Below, one piece after another: positions 39,887-48,458 of a stretch of 64,000 nt of DNA (the first letter of the stretch is position 1; each line of letters starts with the position of its first letter). The translations under genes and the position numbers were made by a program. A model generated the notes under the pieces. The model had not been told where the DNA came from and searched no databases. It saw only the letters and a program-made list of their open reading frames with translations. Source of the DNA: Clostridium thermobutyricum (GTDB lineage: Bacteria; Bacillota; Clostridia; Ch29); contig JAENYX010000003.1 of assembly GCA_016841565.1 (NCBI GenBank), positions 14,030-78,029 on the forward strand, given 5' to 3'.

Positions 39887-41065
39887 ATGACAGAGGTCGT
39901 TATTGTCAGCGCCGTAAGAACACCTATAGGAACTTTTGGCGGAAGCTTTAAGGATGTTTCTGCAATCAGGCTTGGTGTAGCTGCTGTCAAAGAAGCTATG
40001 GTACGAGCAAATGTAAAACCTGAAATGATTGAAGAAGTAATATTCGGAAATGTGCTTCAGGCGGGTCTTGGCCAAAATGTAGCACGGCAAGTAGCAATCG
40101 GGGCAGGAATTCCTGTAGAAGTGCCATCAATGACTATTAATAAGGTTTGCGGCTCAGGCTTGAAAACAGTTAGCCTGGCTGCTCAGGCAATTATGCTGGG
40201 AGAAGCGGATGTGGCCATTGCCGGCGGTACGGAAAATATGAGCATGTCACCATATATCGTACCTAAAGCGAGATGGGGACACAGGATGGGAGACGGAACA
40301 ATAGTTGACTACATGGTTCAGGATGGTTTGACGGATATTTTCAACAACTATCACATGGGGATTACTGCCGAGAATATTGCAGAGAGGTGGAACATTACAA
40401 GACAGGAACAGGATGAATTCGCCCTGGAAAGCCAGTTAAGGGCAGAGAAAGCAATAAAGGGCGGAAGATTTAAAGATGAGATAGTACCTGTTGAAATTCC
40501 CCAGAGAAAAGGCGACCCAATAGTTGTAGATACCGATGAACACCCTCGCTTTGGTTCTGCCATAGAAGGTTTATCAAAGCTAAAGCCTGCTTTTAAGAAG
40601 GATGGAACAGTAACAGCGGGTAATGCATCAGGAATAAATGATGGAGCCGCAGCGCTTGTTTTAATGTCAAAGGAAAAAGCTGAAAGACTGGGATTAAAAC
40701 CATTGGCCACCATAGTATCCTTTGCATCAGCCGGAGTGGATCCCCGGATTATGGGATATGGTCCTGTTCCTGCATCAAAAAAGGCATTAACCAAAGCTAA
40801 AATGACCATTAAAGACATAGACCTGGTTGAAGCAAATGAAGCCTTTGCGGCACAATCCCTGGCGGTAGCAAGAGACTTGGGACTGGATGCTGAGAAGACA
40901 AATGTGAATGGCGGAGCTATTGCCCTGGGCCACCCTATTGGATGTTCGGGAGCAAGAATTCTTATTACATTGATTCATGAAATGGTAAAAAGGGATAAGA
41001 AAACCGGCCTCGCGACTCTTTGTATTGGCGGAGGGCAAGGTACTTCGGTAATTGTTAAGAGATAA
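39887..41065 (+). CDS. acetyl-CoA C-acetyltransferase (thiolase II)
   Basis: N-terminus [12 protein letters not shown], active-site region NKVCGSGL and the C-terminal GGGQG motifs. 392 aa. Confidence 0.9.
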   Translation: MTEVVIVSAVRTPIGTFGGSFKDVSAIRLGVAAVKEAMVRANVKPEMIEEVIFGNVLQAGLGQNVARQVAIGAGIPVEVPSMTINKVCGSGLKTVSLAAQAIMLGEADVAIAGGTENMSMSPYIVPKARWGHRMGDGTIVDYMVQDGLTDIFNNYHMGITAENIAERWNITRQEQDEFALESQLRAEKAIKGGRFKDEIVPVEIPQRKGDPIVVDTDEHPRFGSAIEGLSKLKPAFKKDGTVTAGNASGINDGAAALVLMSKEKAERLGLKPLATIVSFASAGVDPRIMGYGPVPASKKALTKAKMTIKDIDLVEANEAFAAQSLAVARDLGLDAEKTNVNGGAIALGHPIGCSGARILITLIHEMVKRDKKTGLATLCIGGGQGTSVIVKR

Positions 41066-41086
41066 ACAGCAAAGGAGGTATGTAAG

Positions 41087-41740
41087 GTGAATAAGTTAAT
41101 TGCTATCGACCATGCGGTTAGTATGATCCATGATGGTATGACAATTATGGTCGGCGGTTTCCTGGGATGCAAGAACCCTTTCAGAATAGTTGACGCATTA
41201 GTGGAAAAAGGTGTTAAGGACATAACGCTTATTGCAAATGATACTGCCTTTCCTGAAGTTGGAATTGGAAAACTTATTGTAAATAAGCAGGTAAAAAGAT
41301 TGATAGCATCACATATTGGGACTAACAAAGAATCCGGAGCGCAGATGAATGCCGGGGAGCTTGAGGTTGAACTGGTGCCTCAGGGAACATTGGCAGAGAG
41401 GATTAGGGCAGCCGGTGCCGGCCTGGGAGGGATACTCACTCCAACAGGCCTGGGAACAATAGTAGAGGAAGGCAAAACGGTAATAACTGTAGATGGAAAT
41501 GATTACTTGCTGGAGAAACCTTTAAAAGCTGATGTTGCACTTATTACCGGAGCAAAGGTTGATAGGAAAGGCAACATCAGATACAGGAAGTCAGCAAGGA
41601 ATTTCAATCCATTGATGGCTGCGGCTGCTGATTTGGTAATTGTTGAAGCGGATGAGATAGTTGAAGTAGGGGAGATTGATCCGGACGACGTCATGACTCC
41701 AGGACTATTTGTGGATTACATAGTGGGAGGTAATGAGTGA
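41087..41740 (+). CDS. scoA: 3-oxoacid (acetoacetate) CoA-transferase subunit A
   Basis: CoA-transferase family I alpha-subunit motifs (MVGGF...GQGTLAE). GTG start with an AAAGGAGG RBS. Confidence 0.85.
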   Translation: MNKLIAIDHAVSMIHDGMTIMVGGFLGCKNPFRIVDALVEKGVKDITLIANDTAFPEVGIGKLIVNKQVKRLIASHIGTNKESGAQMNAGELEVELVPQGTLAERIRAAGAGLGGILTPTGLGTIVEEGKTVITVDGNDYLLEKPLKADVALITGAKVDRKGNIRYRKSARNFNPLMAAAADLVIVEADEIVEVGEIDPDDVMTPGLFVDYIVGGNE

Positions 41741-42399
41741 TGGATAAAAACATGCAAAAAGAATTCATTGCAAAAAGGGTAGCCAAAGAATTGAGGGATG
41801 GAGATGTTGTAAACCTTGGGATAGGTCTGCCTACCCTGGTGGCTAATTATCTGCCCGAAGATATTGAAATCACCCTGCAGTCGGAAAATGGCTTTGTTGG
41901 AACGGGTCCTGCTCCCGAAGAAGGAAAAGAAGATCCCGATTTGGTCAATGCAGGGGGCCAATATGTAACTATAAACCCCGGAGGGGCATTTTTCAATAGC
42001 GCGGATTCCTTTTTGATAATAAGAGGGGGCCACGTTGATATAACAGTACTTGGTGCTCTGGAGGTAGACGAAAAGGGTAATCTTGCAAACTGGATGGTGC
42101 CTGGCAAAATGGTTCCGGGAATGGGTGGGGCGATGGACCTGGTCACAGGTGCCAGGAAAGTAATTATCGCTATGAATCATACCGCAAAGGGCAACCACAA
42201 GATACTTAAGGAGTGCCAGCTGCCTCTGACAGCTGTGAACGTTGTAGACCTTATAGTAACAGAGATGGGAGTAATGGAAGTAACGGAAAAGGGGCTTGTT
42301 CTAAAAGAAATAAATCCGGAGTTTACAATACAAGAGGTTCAGAATGCAACAGATGCAACACTGATTATACCCGAGGATTTAAAGCAAATGGAAATCTAG
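41737..42399 (+). CDS. scoB: 3-oxoacid (acetoacetate) CoA-transferase subunit B
   Basis: Beta-subunit with the conserved glutamate-containing SENG motif (LQSENGFVG). It overlaps the scoA stop. Confidence 0.85.
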   Translation: MMDKNMQKEFIAKRVAKELRDGDVVNLGIGLPTLVANYLPEDIEITLQSENGFVGTGPAPEEGKEDPDLVNAGGQYVTINPGGAFFNSADSFLIIRGGHVDITVLGALEVDEKGNLANWMVPGKMVPGMGGAMDLVTGARKVIIAMNHTAKGNHKILKECQLPLTAVNVVDLIVTEMGVMEVTEKGLVLKEINPEFTIQEVQNATDATLIIPEDLKQMEI

Positions 42400-42458
42400 A
42401 ACAGTCACCGGAGGAGTAACAGAGCAGCCATAGGAAATATAAAAGGAGGCAAGCGCAA

Positions 42459-43220
42459 ATGCTGGAAAACAAAGTATGCATTGTAACAGGGGCGGCCAGC
42501 GGCATAGGGTTAGCCATATCGGAAGCTTTTGCAAAGGACGCTGCCAAGGTTGTCATGGCAGATATAAACAAAGAAAAGCTAAAGCTTGAGGCAGGCAGAT
42601 TAGGCGCAGATTTCTTTGAAGCGGATTTAAGCAAAAAGCAGGGTTGTAAGGGTTTGGTTGATTTTACTCTGGGCAAATTCTCAAAAGCGGATGTTCTTGT
42701 AAATGTTGCCGGTATTCAAACGGTGGCCCCCATTGACGAATTCCCCGAGGATAAATGGGATTTCATGATTTCTTTAATGCTGACAGCTCCGTTCTTATTG
42801 ACCAAATACGTCTGGCCTTCAATGAAAAATCAGAACTGGGGAAGAATAATCAACCTGAATTCCATCCACGGACTGGTGGCATCTGAATTCAAAGCGGCCT
42901 ACGTCTCGGCTAAACATGGTCTGGGAGGATTAACGAAAACTGCTGCTTTAGAAGGAGGGAAATATGGAATAACTGTAAACTCAATTTGTCCGGCATATGT
43001 TAAAACACCTTTGGTTGACAACCAGGTAGACGCACAGGCAAAATCACACGGAATATCAAGAGATGAGGTTGTTGGAGAGATAATGCTGCAAAAGGCAGCT
43101 GTAAAGAAATTAATAGAACCTTCGACTATTGGAGAAGTAGCTATGTTCCTATGCTCTGATGCAGGAGCTCATATTACAGGATCCATGATGACGATAGATG
43201 GAGGTTGGACAGCCGGTTAA
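42459..43220 (+). CDS. 3-hydroxybutyrate dehydrogenase (SDR)
   Basis: TGAASGIG, NVAGIQ and YVSAKHG motifs, and a C-terminus ...ITGSMMTIDGGWTAG like characterised BdhA proteins. It sits in a sco operon. Confidence 0.8.
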   Translation: MLENKVCIVTGAASGIGLAISEAFAKDAAKVVMADINKEKLKLEAGRLGADFFEADLSKKQGCKGLVDFTLGKFSKADVLVNVAGIQTVAPIDEFPEDKWDFMISLMLTAPFLLTKYVWPSMKNQNWGRIINLNSIHGLVASEFKAAYVSAKHGLGGLTKTAALEGGKYGITVNSICPAYVKTPLVDNQVDAQAKSHGISRDEVVGEIMLQKAAVKKLIEPSTIGEVAMFLCSDAGAHITGSMMTIDGGWTAG

Positions 43221-43251
43221 ACAAATGTAAAAAATGATGGGAGGTTGGATT

Positions 43252-44565
43252 ATGTTAGGTATTATCTTGGGATTGGCATTACTTATGTTCCTGGCTTACA
43301 GAGGTTATTCTATAATTTGGGTAGCTCCGGTTACAGCAGGCGTAGTTGCTTTAATGGGGGGACTTCCACTACTTGAGGCTTATAAAGAGACCTACATGAC
43401 GGGATTTGTAGGATTTACAAAGTCATGGTTCCCTGTATTCATGCTGGGAGCAATATTTGGACACTTAATGGATTATACCGGCGCGGCAAAATCAATTGCT
43501 CTATGGTTAACTAAAATGTTTGGAGCAAAGAGAGCCATCCTTGGCGTAATAATTGGCTGCGCAGTTTTGACCTATGGCGGAATAAGCTTGTTTGTAGTTG
43601 TATTTGCTATGTATCCCATAGCGCTGGCACTATATAGAGAAGCTAATATTTCAAGAAAGCTTATACCCGGAGCAATAGCCCTTGGTTCCTTTACCTTTAC
43701 CATGACTGCAATACCCGGTACGCCTCAAATACAAAACTTAATTCCAATGGATTATTTCCATACAACTCCTGCCGCAGCTCCCATAATGGGTATGGTATCG
43801 GCGGTACTAATGATGGGACTGGGTTATGCTTATCTTGTGTGGAAAGAGAGAAAGCTCACTGCCAGAGGCGAAGTATTTACTGAGCCTAAAAAGAAGGCAA
43901 ACAACGGAGCAGAATCAGAGGTGGCAGCTACAACTGCAACCGCAGAATACATACCAAATCCATTGATATCGGTTTTACCTTTGATTTCGGTAATATTAAC
44001 ATTAAACTTTTTAGGCTGGGATATAGTCCTTGCTTTGATATCCGGCATAGTATTGTCAATGCTGACTAATATGAAGCTGTATCAGGGATTTACAAAAACC
44101 GTCAGTGCCGGAGCGACCGGGTCCATAATTGCAATTATTAACACAAGCGCCGCAGTTGGATTCGGTACTATCGTAAGAGCGGTTCCGGGGTTCAAAACAT
44201 TGACAGACGCAGTTATGAACATGAAAGGAAGCCCGCTTATATCTGAAGGAGTGGCAGTTAATATACTGGCCGGTGCAACAGGCTCGGCCTCGGGCGGTAT
44301 GGGTATAGCACTGGCAGCTTTAGGAGACAAGTATTATCAAATAGCATTGCAAACAGGTATCAGTCCCGAGGCCTTCCACCGGGTAGCATCCCTGGCATCC
44401 GGAGGTCTTGATACGCTTCCTCATAATGGAGCCGTGTTAACCCTGCTGGCAATTACGGGTATGACACATAAGGATTCTTATATTGACATATGTTTAACCT
44501 CTTTGATATTACCAATAGTTTCTACTATACCGGCAATAATATTGGGAAGCCTGGGAATATACTAG
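43252..44565 (+). CDS. GntP-family permease, probable 3-hydroxybutyrate/short-chain hydroxy-acid:H+ symporter
   Basis: About 12 TM helices. It is positioned like B. subtilis yxjC in the yxjC-scoA-scoB-bdh operon. ATG 43252 follows GGGAGG. Confidence 0.55.
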   Translation: MLGIILGLALLMFLAYRGYSIIWVAPVTAGVVALMGGLPLLEAYKETYMTGFVGFTKSWFPVFMLGAIFGHLMDYTGAAKSIALWLTKMFGAKRAILGVIIGCAVLTYGGISLFVVVFAMYPIALALYREANISRKLIPGAIALGSFTFTMTAIPGTPQIQNLIPMDYFHTTPAAAPIMGMVSAVLMMGLGYAYLVWKERKLTARGEVFTEPKKKANNGAESEVAATTATAEYIPNPLISVLPLISVILTLNFLGWDIVLALISGIVLSMLTNMKLYQGFTKTVSAGATGSIIAIINTSAAVGFGTIVRAVPGFKTLTDAVMNMKGSPLISEGVAVNILAGATGSASGGMGIALAALGDKYYQIALQTGISPEAFHRVASLASGGLDTLPHNGAVLTLLAITGMTHKDSYIDICLTSLILPIVSTIPAIILGSLGIY

Positions 44566-44642
44566 AAGTTAGTAAATGATACATAGCCTCCACCTGATAT
44601 CAACTTTGGGCGGAGGCTATTAATTCAAGGGAGGTCAATGTA

Positions 44643-45587
44643 ATGATATTGGAGGAGATCAAAAAGATCGGTGTGGCGGGAGCGGGTACCATGGGCTCGG
44701 GTATAGCCCTGATATTTGCGCTGAAAGGGTATGAAGTGGCCGTAACAGATGTTTCACAGGAATACCTGGATAATGCCGGAAGGATTATACAAATAAATAA
44801 CAGCAGCTTAATTGAAGAAAAAATAATAACGGAGCAAGAAGCCAAAGCTGCAATAGAAAGAATATCCTTTACAATAGATAAAAAAGCATTTTGTGACGCC
44901 GATGTAATAATTGAAGCCATCATAGAAAAAATGGGTATTAAACAGGACTTCTGGGAAGAAATTGAGAGTATGGTCAGAGAGGATGCTATACTTGCCACCA
45001 ATACGTCGGGACTTAGCATTACAGAAATATGCCGGAAGGTAAAGCAAAAAGGCAGATTTGCAGGGATGCACTGGTGGAACCCGCCGCATATTATACCTTT
45101 GATAGAGCTTATAAAAGGGGATGAAACAGCGGACGAGACCATAAAGGTATTAGCCGAATTGGTTGACAGGATTGGCAAGAAGTCGGTTGTAGTTCTAAAG
45201 GATGTTAATGGATTTATAGGCAACAGGATACAATTTGCAGTGTTCAGAGAAGCGCTGAAGATTGTGGAAGATGGAATAGCTACGGCCCAAGATGTTGATA
45301 AGGCAATGAAATATGGACCCGGATTCAGGTATCCTGTATTAGGACCCTTTGAAACAGCAGATCTGGGCGGGCTTGATACATTCTATTATATTTCTTCCTA
45401 TTTGTTTAATGAGCTAAGCAGTGCAAAGGAACCAACCCTGCTTCTGCAAGGATTAATGGAAAATAAGAACTTAGGGGTAAAGACGGGCAAAGGTTTCTAT
45501 GATTACTCCGGCCGAAAAGGCGAAGAAGCAATGAAACGGAGAGACAGAAACTTCTTCAAGATGTTAAAGCATATTCACAACGCTTAA
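44643..45587 (+). CDS. 3-hydroxyacyl-CoA / 3-hydroxybutyryl-CoA dehydrogenase
   Basis: N-terminal GVAGAGTMGSGIA Rossmann motif and the 3HCDH C-terminal domain. Confidence 0.85.
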   Translation: MILEEIKKIGVAGAGTMGSGIALIFALKGYEVAVTDVSQEYLDNAGRIIQINNSSLIEEKIITEQEAKAAIERISFTIDKKAFCDADVIIEAIIEKMGIKQDFWEEIESMVREDAILATNTSGLSITEICRKVKQKGRFAGMHWWNPPHIIPLIELIKGDETADETIKVLAELVDRIGKKSVVVLKDVNGFIGNRIQFAVFREALKIVEDGIATAQDVDKAMKYGPGFRYPVLGPFETADLGGLDTFYYISSYLFNELSSAKEPTLLLQGLMENKNLGVKTGKGFYDYSGRKGEEAMKRRDRNFFKMLKHIHNA

Positions 45588-45606
45588 TATGGATAAACAG
45601 TCTATG

Positions 45607-46248
45607 CTATATATTCTCAATTGCTATTGCCCGTACCGGCGAGCCGTCGGCATCCTTGTTCTTCATTGGCATTACACATAGAATAAAAGACCGGCCGCTT
45701 ACGGCATCCAGATTAGTCAGGTTCTCAATTATCAAGATGTTGCCGGCCATCAGTATTTTATGAACGTCAAATGTGGCTGAGTTCATAGGGTCAATTGAAA
45801 TGGCGTCGATTCCGACGCCCTTCAGATTGAACCCGGTAAGCCTTTGGGCTGCTTCTTTACTCAAAGAAGGAAAATCTTCAAAATACTTTTTATCTCCCCA
45901 GTATTTACTCCATCCTGTTTTTATTATAATGAACTCAGCATTCTTAATCATTTCCTCATGGGGTTTAAGGCTGTCGGCATCTATTAAGCCCTTCCTGACA
46001 TTTGAAAAGTCAAGGATTGCAGCGTTTCCGATGAAGTGTTCCACATCAAGATTGTCAAGATAAGGCCCGCTGCTTAGCATATGCGCAGGTGCATCCATAT
46101 GGGTGCCGGTATGGGAGTACATGATTATCTTTGTCTCCCGGAAGCCGTCCCTTTCAAAGGTGTTTGCTCTTTCAAAAGCCGGCGGCTCTGTTCCCGGATA
46201 AACCGGCATGCCGGTATGAATTGTATGCGTCAGGTCAATAACTCTCAT
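45607..46248 (-). CDS. cyclase-family protein (kynurenine-formamidase/arylformamidase-like)
   Basis: HxGTHxDxPxH metal motif (HTGTHMDAPAH). GGAGGG RBS upstream on the minus strand. Confidence 0.75.
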   Translation of the reverse strand: MRVIDLTHTIHTGMPVYPGTEPPAFERANTFERDGFRETKIIMYSHTGTHMDAPAHMLSSGPYLDNLDVEHFIGNAAILDFSNVRKGLIDADSLKPHEEMIKNAEFIIIKTGWSKYWGDKKYFEDFPSLSKEAAQRLTGFNLKGVGIDAISIDPMNSATFDVHKILMAGNILIIENLTNLDAVSGRSFILCVMPMKNKDADGSPVRAIAIENI

Positions 46249-46456
46249 GTTAGCCCTCCTAAGATAATTATATAATGTAAAAAAGTCGCTGTCGGTGCGA
46301 CTCTTCCAAAGTTAAAGTTGTTTGTTAACCACCATAAATATATCATATTTAAACCGGTTGTCAACAGGCCCATACCGCCAATGGACTGAACCCGATTCCG
46401 GCCCGTTTTTTGGATGATTGGGGGCTGACCGGGCTTAATATCAAAGCGGAATTGTT

Positions 46457-47886
46457 GACAAAGCCTGGAGGTACCTCAGCATGTAAAACAATCGGTAATA
46501 GACTTTGCCAATGCAGGAAAAGAGATAACAATACCGAAGAAAGAAATAGAGTACTATGGTACCACCATAGCAGGGTACATGGTAATGGACCCCGATACCG
46601 GGGCCGCCGGCTACCTGATATCAGGAGGTACGGCCGGTGGCAAGACAAGTCTTCTCCAGCTTATCGGTCAGAAACTCAAAGACACAACCCTGTCAGCAGT
46701 TGTGTTTTTAGTTGAAGCCCGTTGTAGATTATACGTGCCCGGCCAAGACGATATATATTATGAGGCGGTATCGGAAGGCTTTGTAAGAGGCTACATTGGT
46801 GGTTTTGCAGGTGCCGTTAAAGCGGAATGGAACAATATAAAAGACTTACCCAAAATGGTTAAAGCAGCTTTAAAATTTGCAGGGGATTATATCACCAAAG
46901 ACGAGTTCAGGGATAAAGTAAAGGATGATTTGGAAAACCTTGTAAAAATGCTCCCTGAAGTCTGGAGTAAAATAGATGAAATAACGCAGAGCATATATGA
47001 ATATTATCTGAATGAAGTGGAAGACGTAGCATATGGGGCTTTGGGCCTGGCAAGAGCCGACAGGTATTTTCAAGAATTTGCAATATGCTATTCAGGTGGT
47101 AAAATTGCCGGATTTATAACCGTAACAGTGGCAGGGGCCATAATCGGAGCAAAGGTAGTAGCAATAATAAAGGATTTTATAATGGCCAGCAAGCTGGGAG
47201 TAATATTTAAAATCCTGCAGGTAGCCAAAGGAAGTGCCATTAAATACGTAGTCGATGTATTCAATAAGGCAAGCTCAAGTGTAAAGAGTGTATTCTTTAA
47301 CGTACTAGATAAAATTAAGGCTGAAATAAATGATGCATCCCTGCTAAGGTTGGTTCCCAAGTATTTCAGTGAAGGTATGGACGAAATAGAGGATACAATA
47401 AGACGGTACGGGGATGAGGCTGCGGAAAAAATAGCGGAAAGTATAATATATATAAAGCAACTAATAGGTAATCTTAACATAAAAAATGCAATAGAGAAAT
47501 CAGCGGATGATGCTAACGATTGGTGGAGAATCATGCAGGGATATGACAAACCCCCATATAAACCAGGAACCAGGGTAATTGAATTCGAACTTGAAAATAA
47601 TCATACTTTTGTCAGAGTATATGATGATATAAATTCTTCGATGAAAGGACAATGGATTATGAAAGAGGAGGATATTCTTGGGTTGTCTCCGGCTCAGATT
47701 AGGCAGAAGTTTGCTTTGCCTGCGGAGCCAAAATATATAGTAGATGTTGAATTAGATGCAGGAACTAACTTGAGGTGTGGTATAGCCAATGGGGTCGAAG
47801 ATTGGGGAGTACAAGGAGGAGGAGTACAGTTTGATTTAATGGGACAATTTGTTAATGGATTTAAAAACCCAAGACCACTTAATTAA
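46457..47886 (+). CDS. putative polymorphic-toxin-like protein; the reading frame is open upstream of the first ATG (46573) with no start or RBS, so it is possibly a 5'-truncated orphan toxin module. Distinct ~110-aa C-terminal domain (…KYIVDVELDAGTNLRCGIANGVEDWGVQGGGVQFDL…) of unknown activity.
   Basis: Lower GC than flanking DNA. The frame continues 39 codons upstream of the first Met with a protein-like sequence (VIDFANAGKEITIPKKEIEYYG...DPDTGAAGYLISGG). It is followed 14 nt later by a small AT-rich gene, and its 3' end is duplicated downstream. Confidence 0.4.
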
Positions 47887-47895
47887 AAGGGAGGG
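47857..47895 (+). repeat. cassette-junction repeat, copy 1 (toxin 3' end plus immunity RBS): GGATTTAAAAACCCAAGACCACTTAATTAAAAGGGAGGG
   Basis: 35 of 39 identical to 48461-48499. Confidence 0.8.
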
Positions 47896-47900
47896 ATCAT

Positions 47901-48260
47901 ATGAAAAACGAGATTGTTTTCAAATATAATAAAAATATATTAATCATTAATGATAAACAACTTGAATTTGAATATGAAATAGAAGATATTAAAGAAGTTA
48001 ATGGCATACTTGCTGTTCTTTTAGGCGTATCTGCTAAATCATATAGTATAGACAATTTGTATGGAGTAAATTCAAAAGGAGAAATTATTTGGCGTGTACA
48101 AAGTGTAAATGAAATATATCCAAGCATTATTAGCTCTCCCTATGTTGCTTTAAAAATTGCTCCTTCAGGGGATATAGCAGTTACTAATTTTGCTGGTGTA
48201 CGTTATTTTGTAAATCCTAAAGACGGTAGTATTACAGGTAAAGAAGTAATAGGTTGGTGA
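47901..48260 (+). CDS. small protein, candidate cognate immunity protein
   Basis: 119 aa and very AT-rich (~30% GC). Strong GGGAGGG RBS 5 nt upstream, beginning 14 nt after the toxin-like gene. Confidence 0.4.
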   Translation: MKNEIVFKYNKNILIINDKQLEFEYEIEDIKEVNGILAVLLGVSAKSYSIDNLYGVNSKGEIIWRVQSVNEIYPSIISSPYVALKIAPSGDIAVTNFAGVRYFVNPKDGSITGKEVIGW

Positions 48261-48371
48261 CTGAAGGTAGAGGACGGGGAAGAGATACTGGCAGGAGTAT
48301 ATGATTCAAAGCAAGTGAAGTTTGTACCACCAACAGCGGGATAGGCTATTAATCCGGATACGGTATATGAC

Positions 48372-48415
48372 GAAGAATAGAACTGAGGGATTACTTTCTC
48401 TTGGTTCTATTCTTC
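48372..48415 (+). terminator. hairpin GAAGAATAGAAC-N20-GTTCTATTCTTC downstream of the immunity-like gene
   Basis: 12-bp perfect stem. Confidence 0.4.
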
Positions 48416-48458
48416 ATATAAAGCAATCGGAAGAACCGTCCCTTGCTTTGAAGTATTA

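Noticed and set aside
46410-46715. 101-aa ORF in an alternative frame at the toxin-island boundary
   Set aside because: It is Arg/Cys-rich and low-complexity with no RBS. The overlapping frame contains the protein-like toxin sequence.
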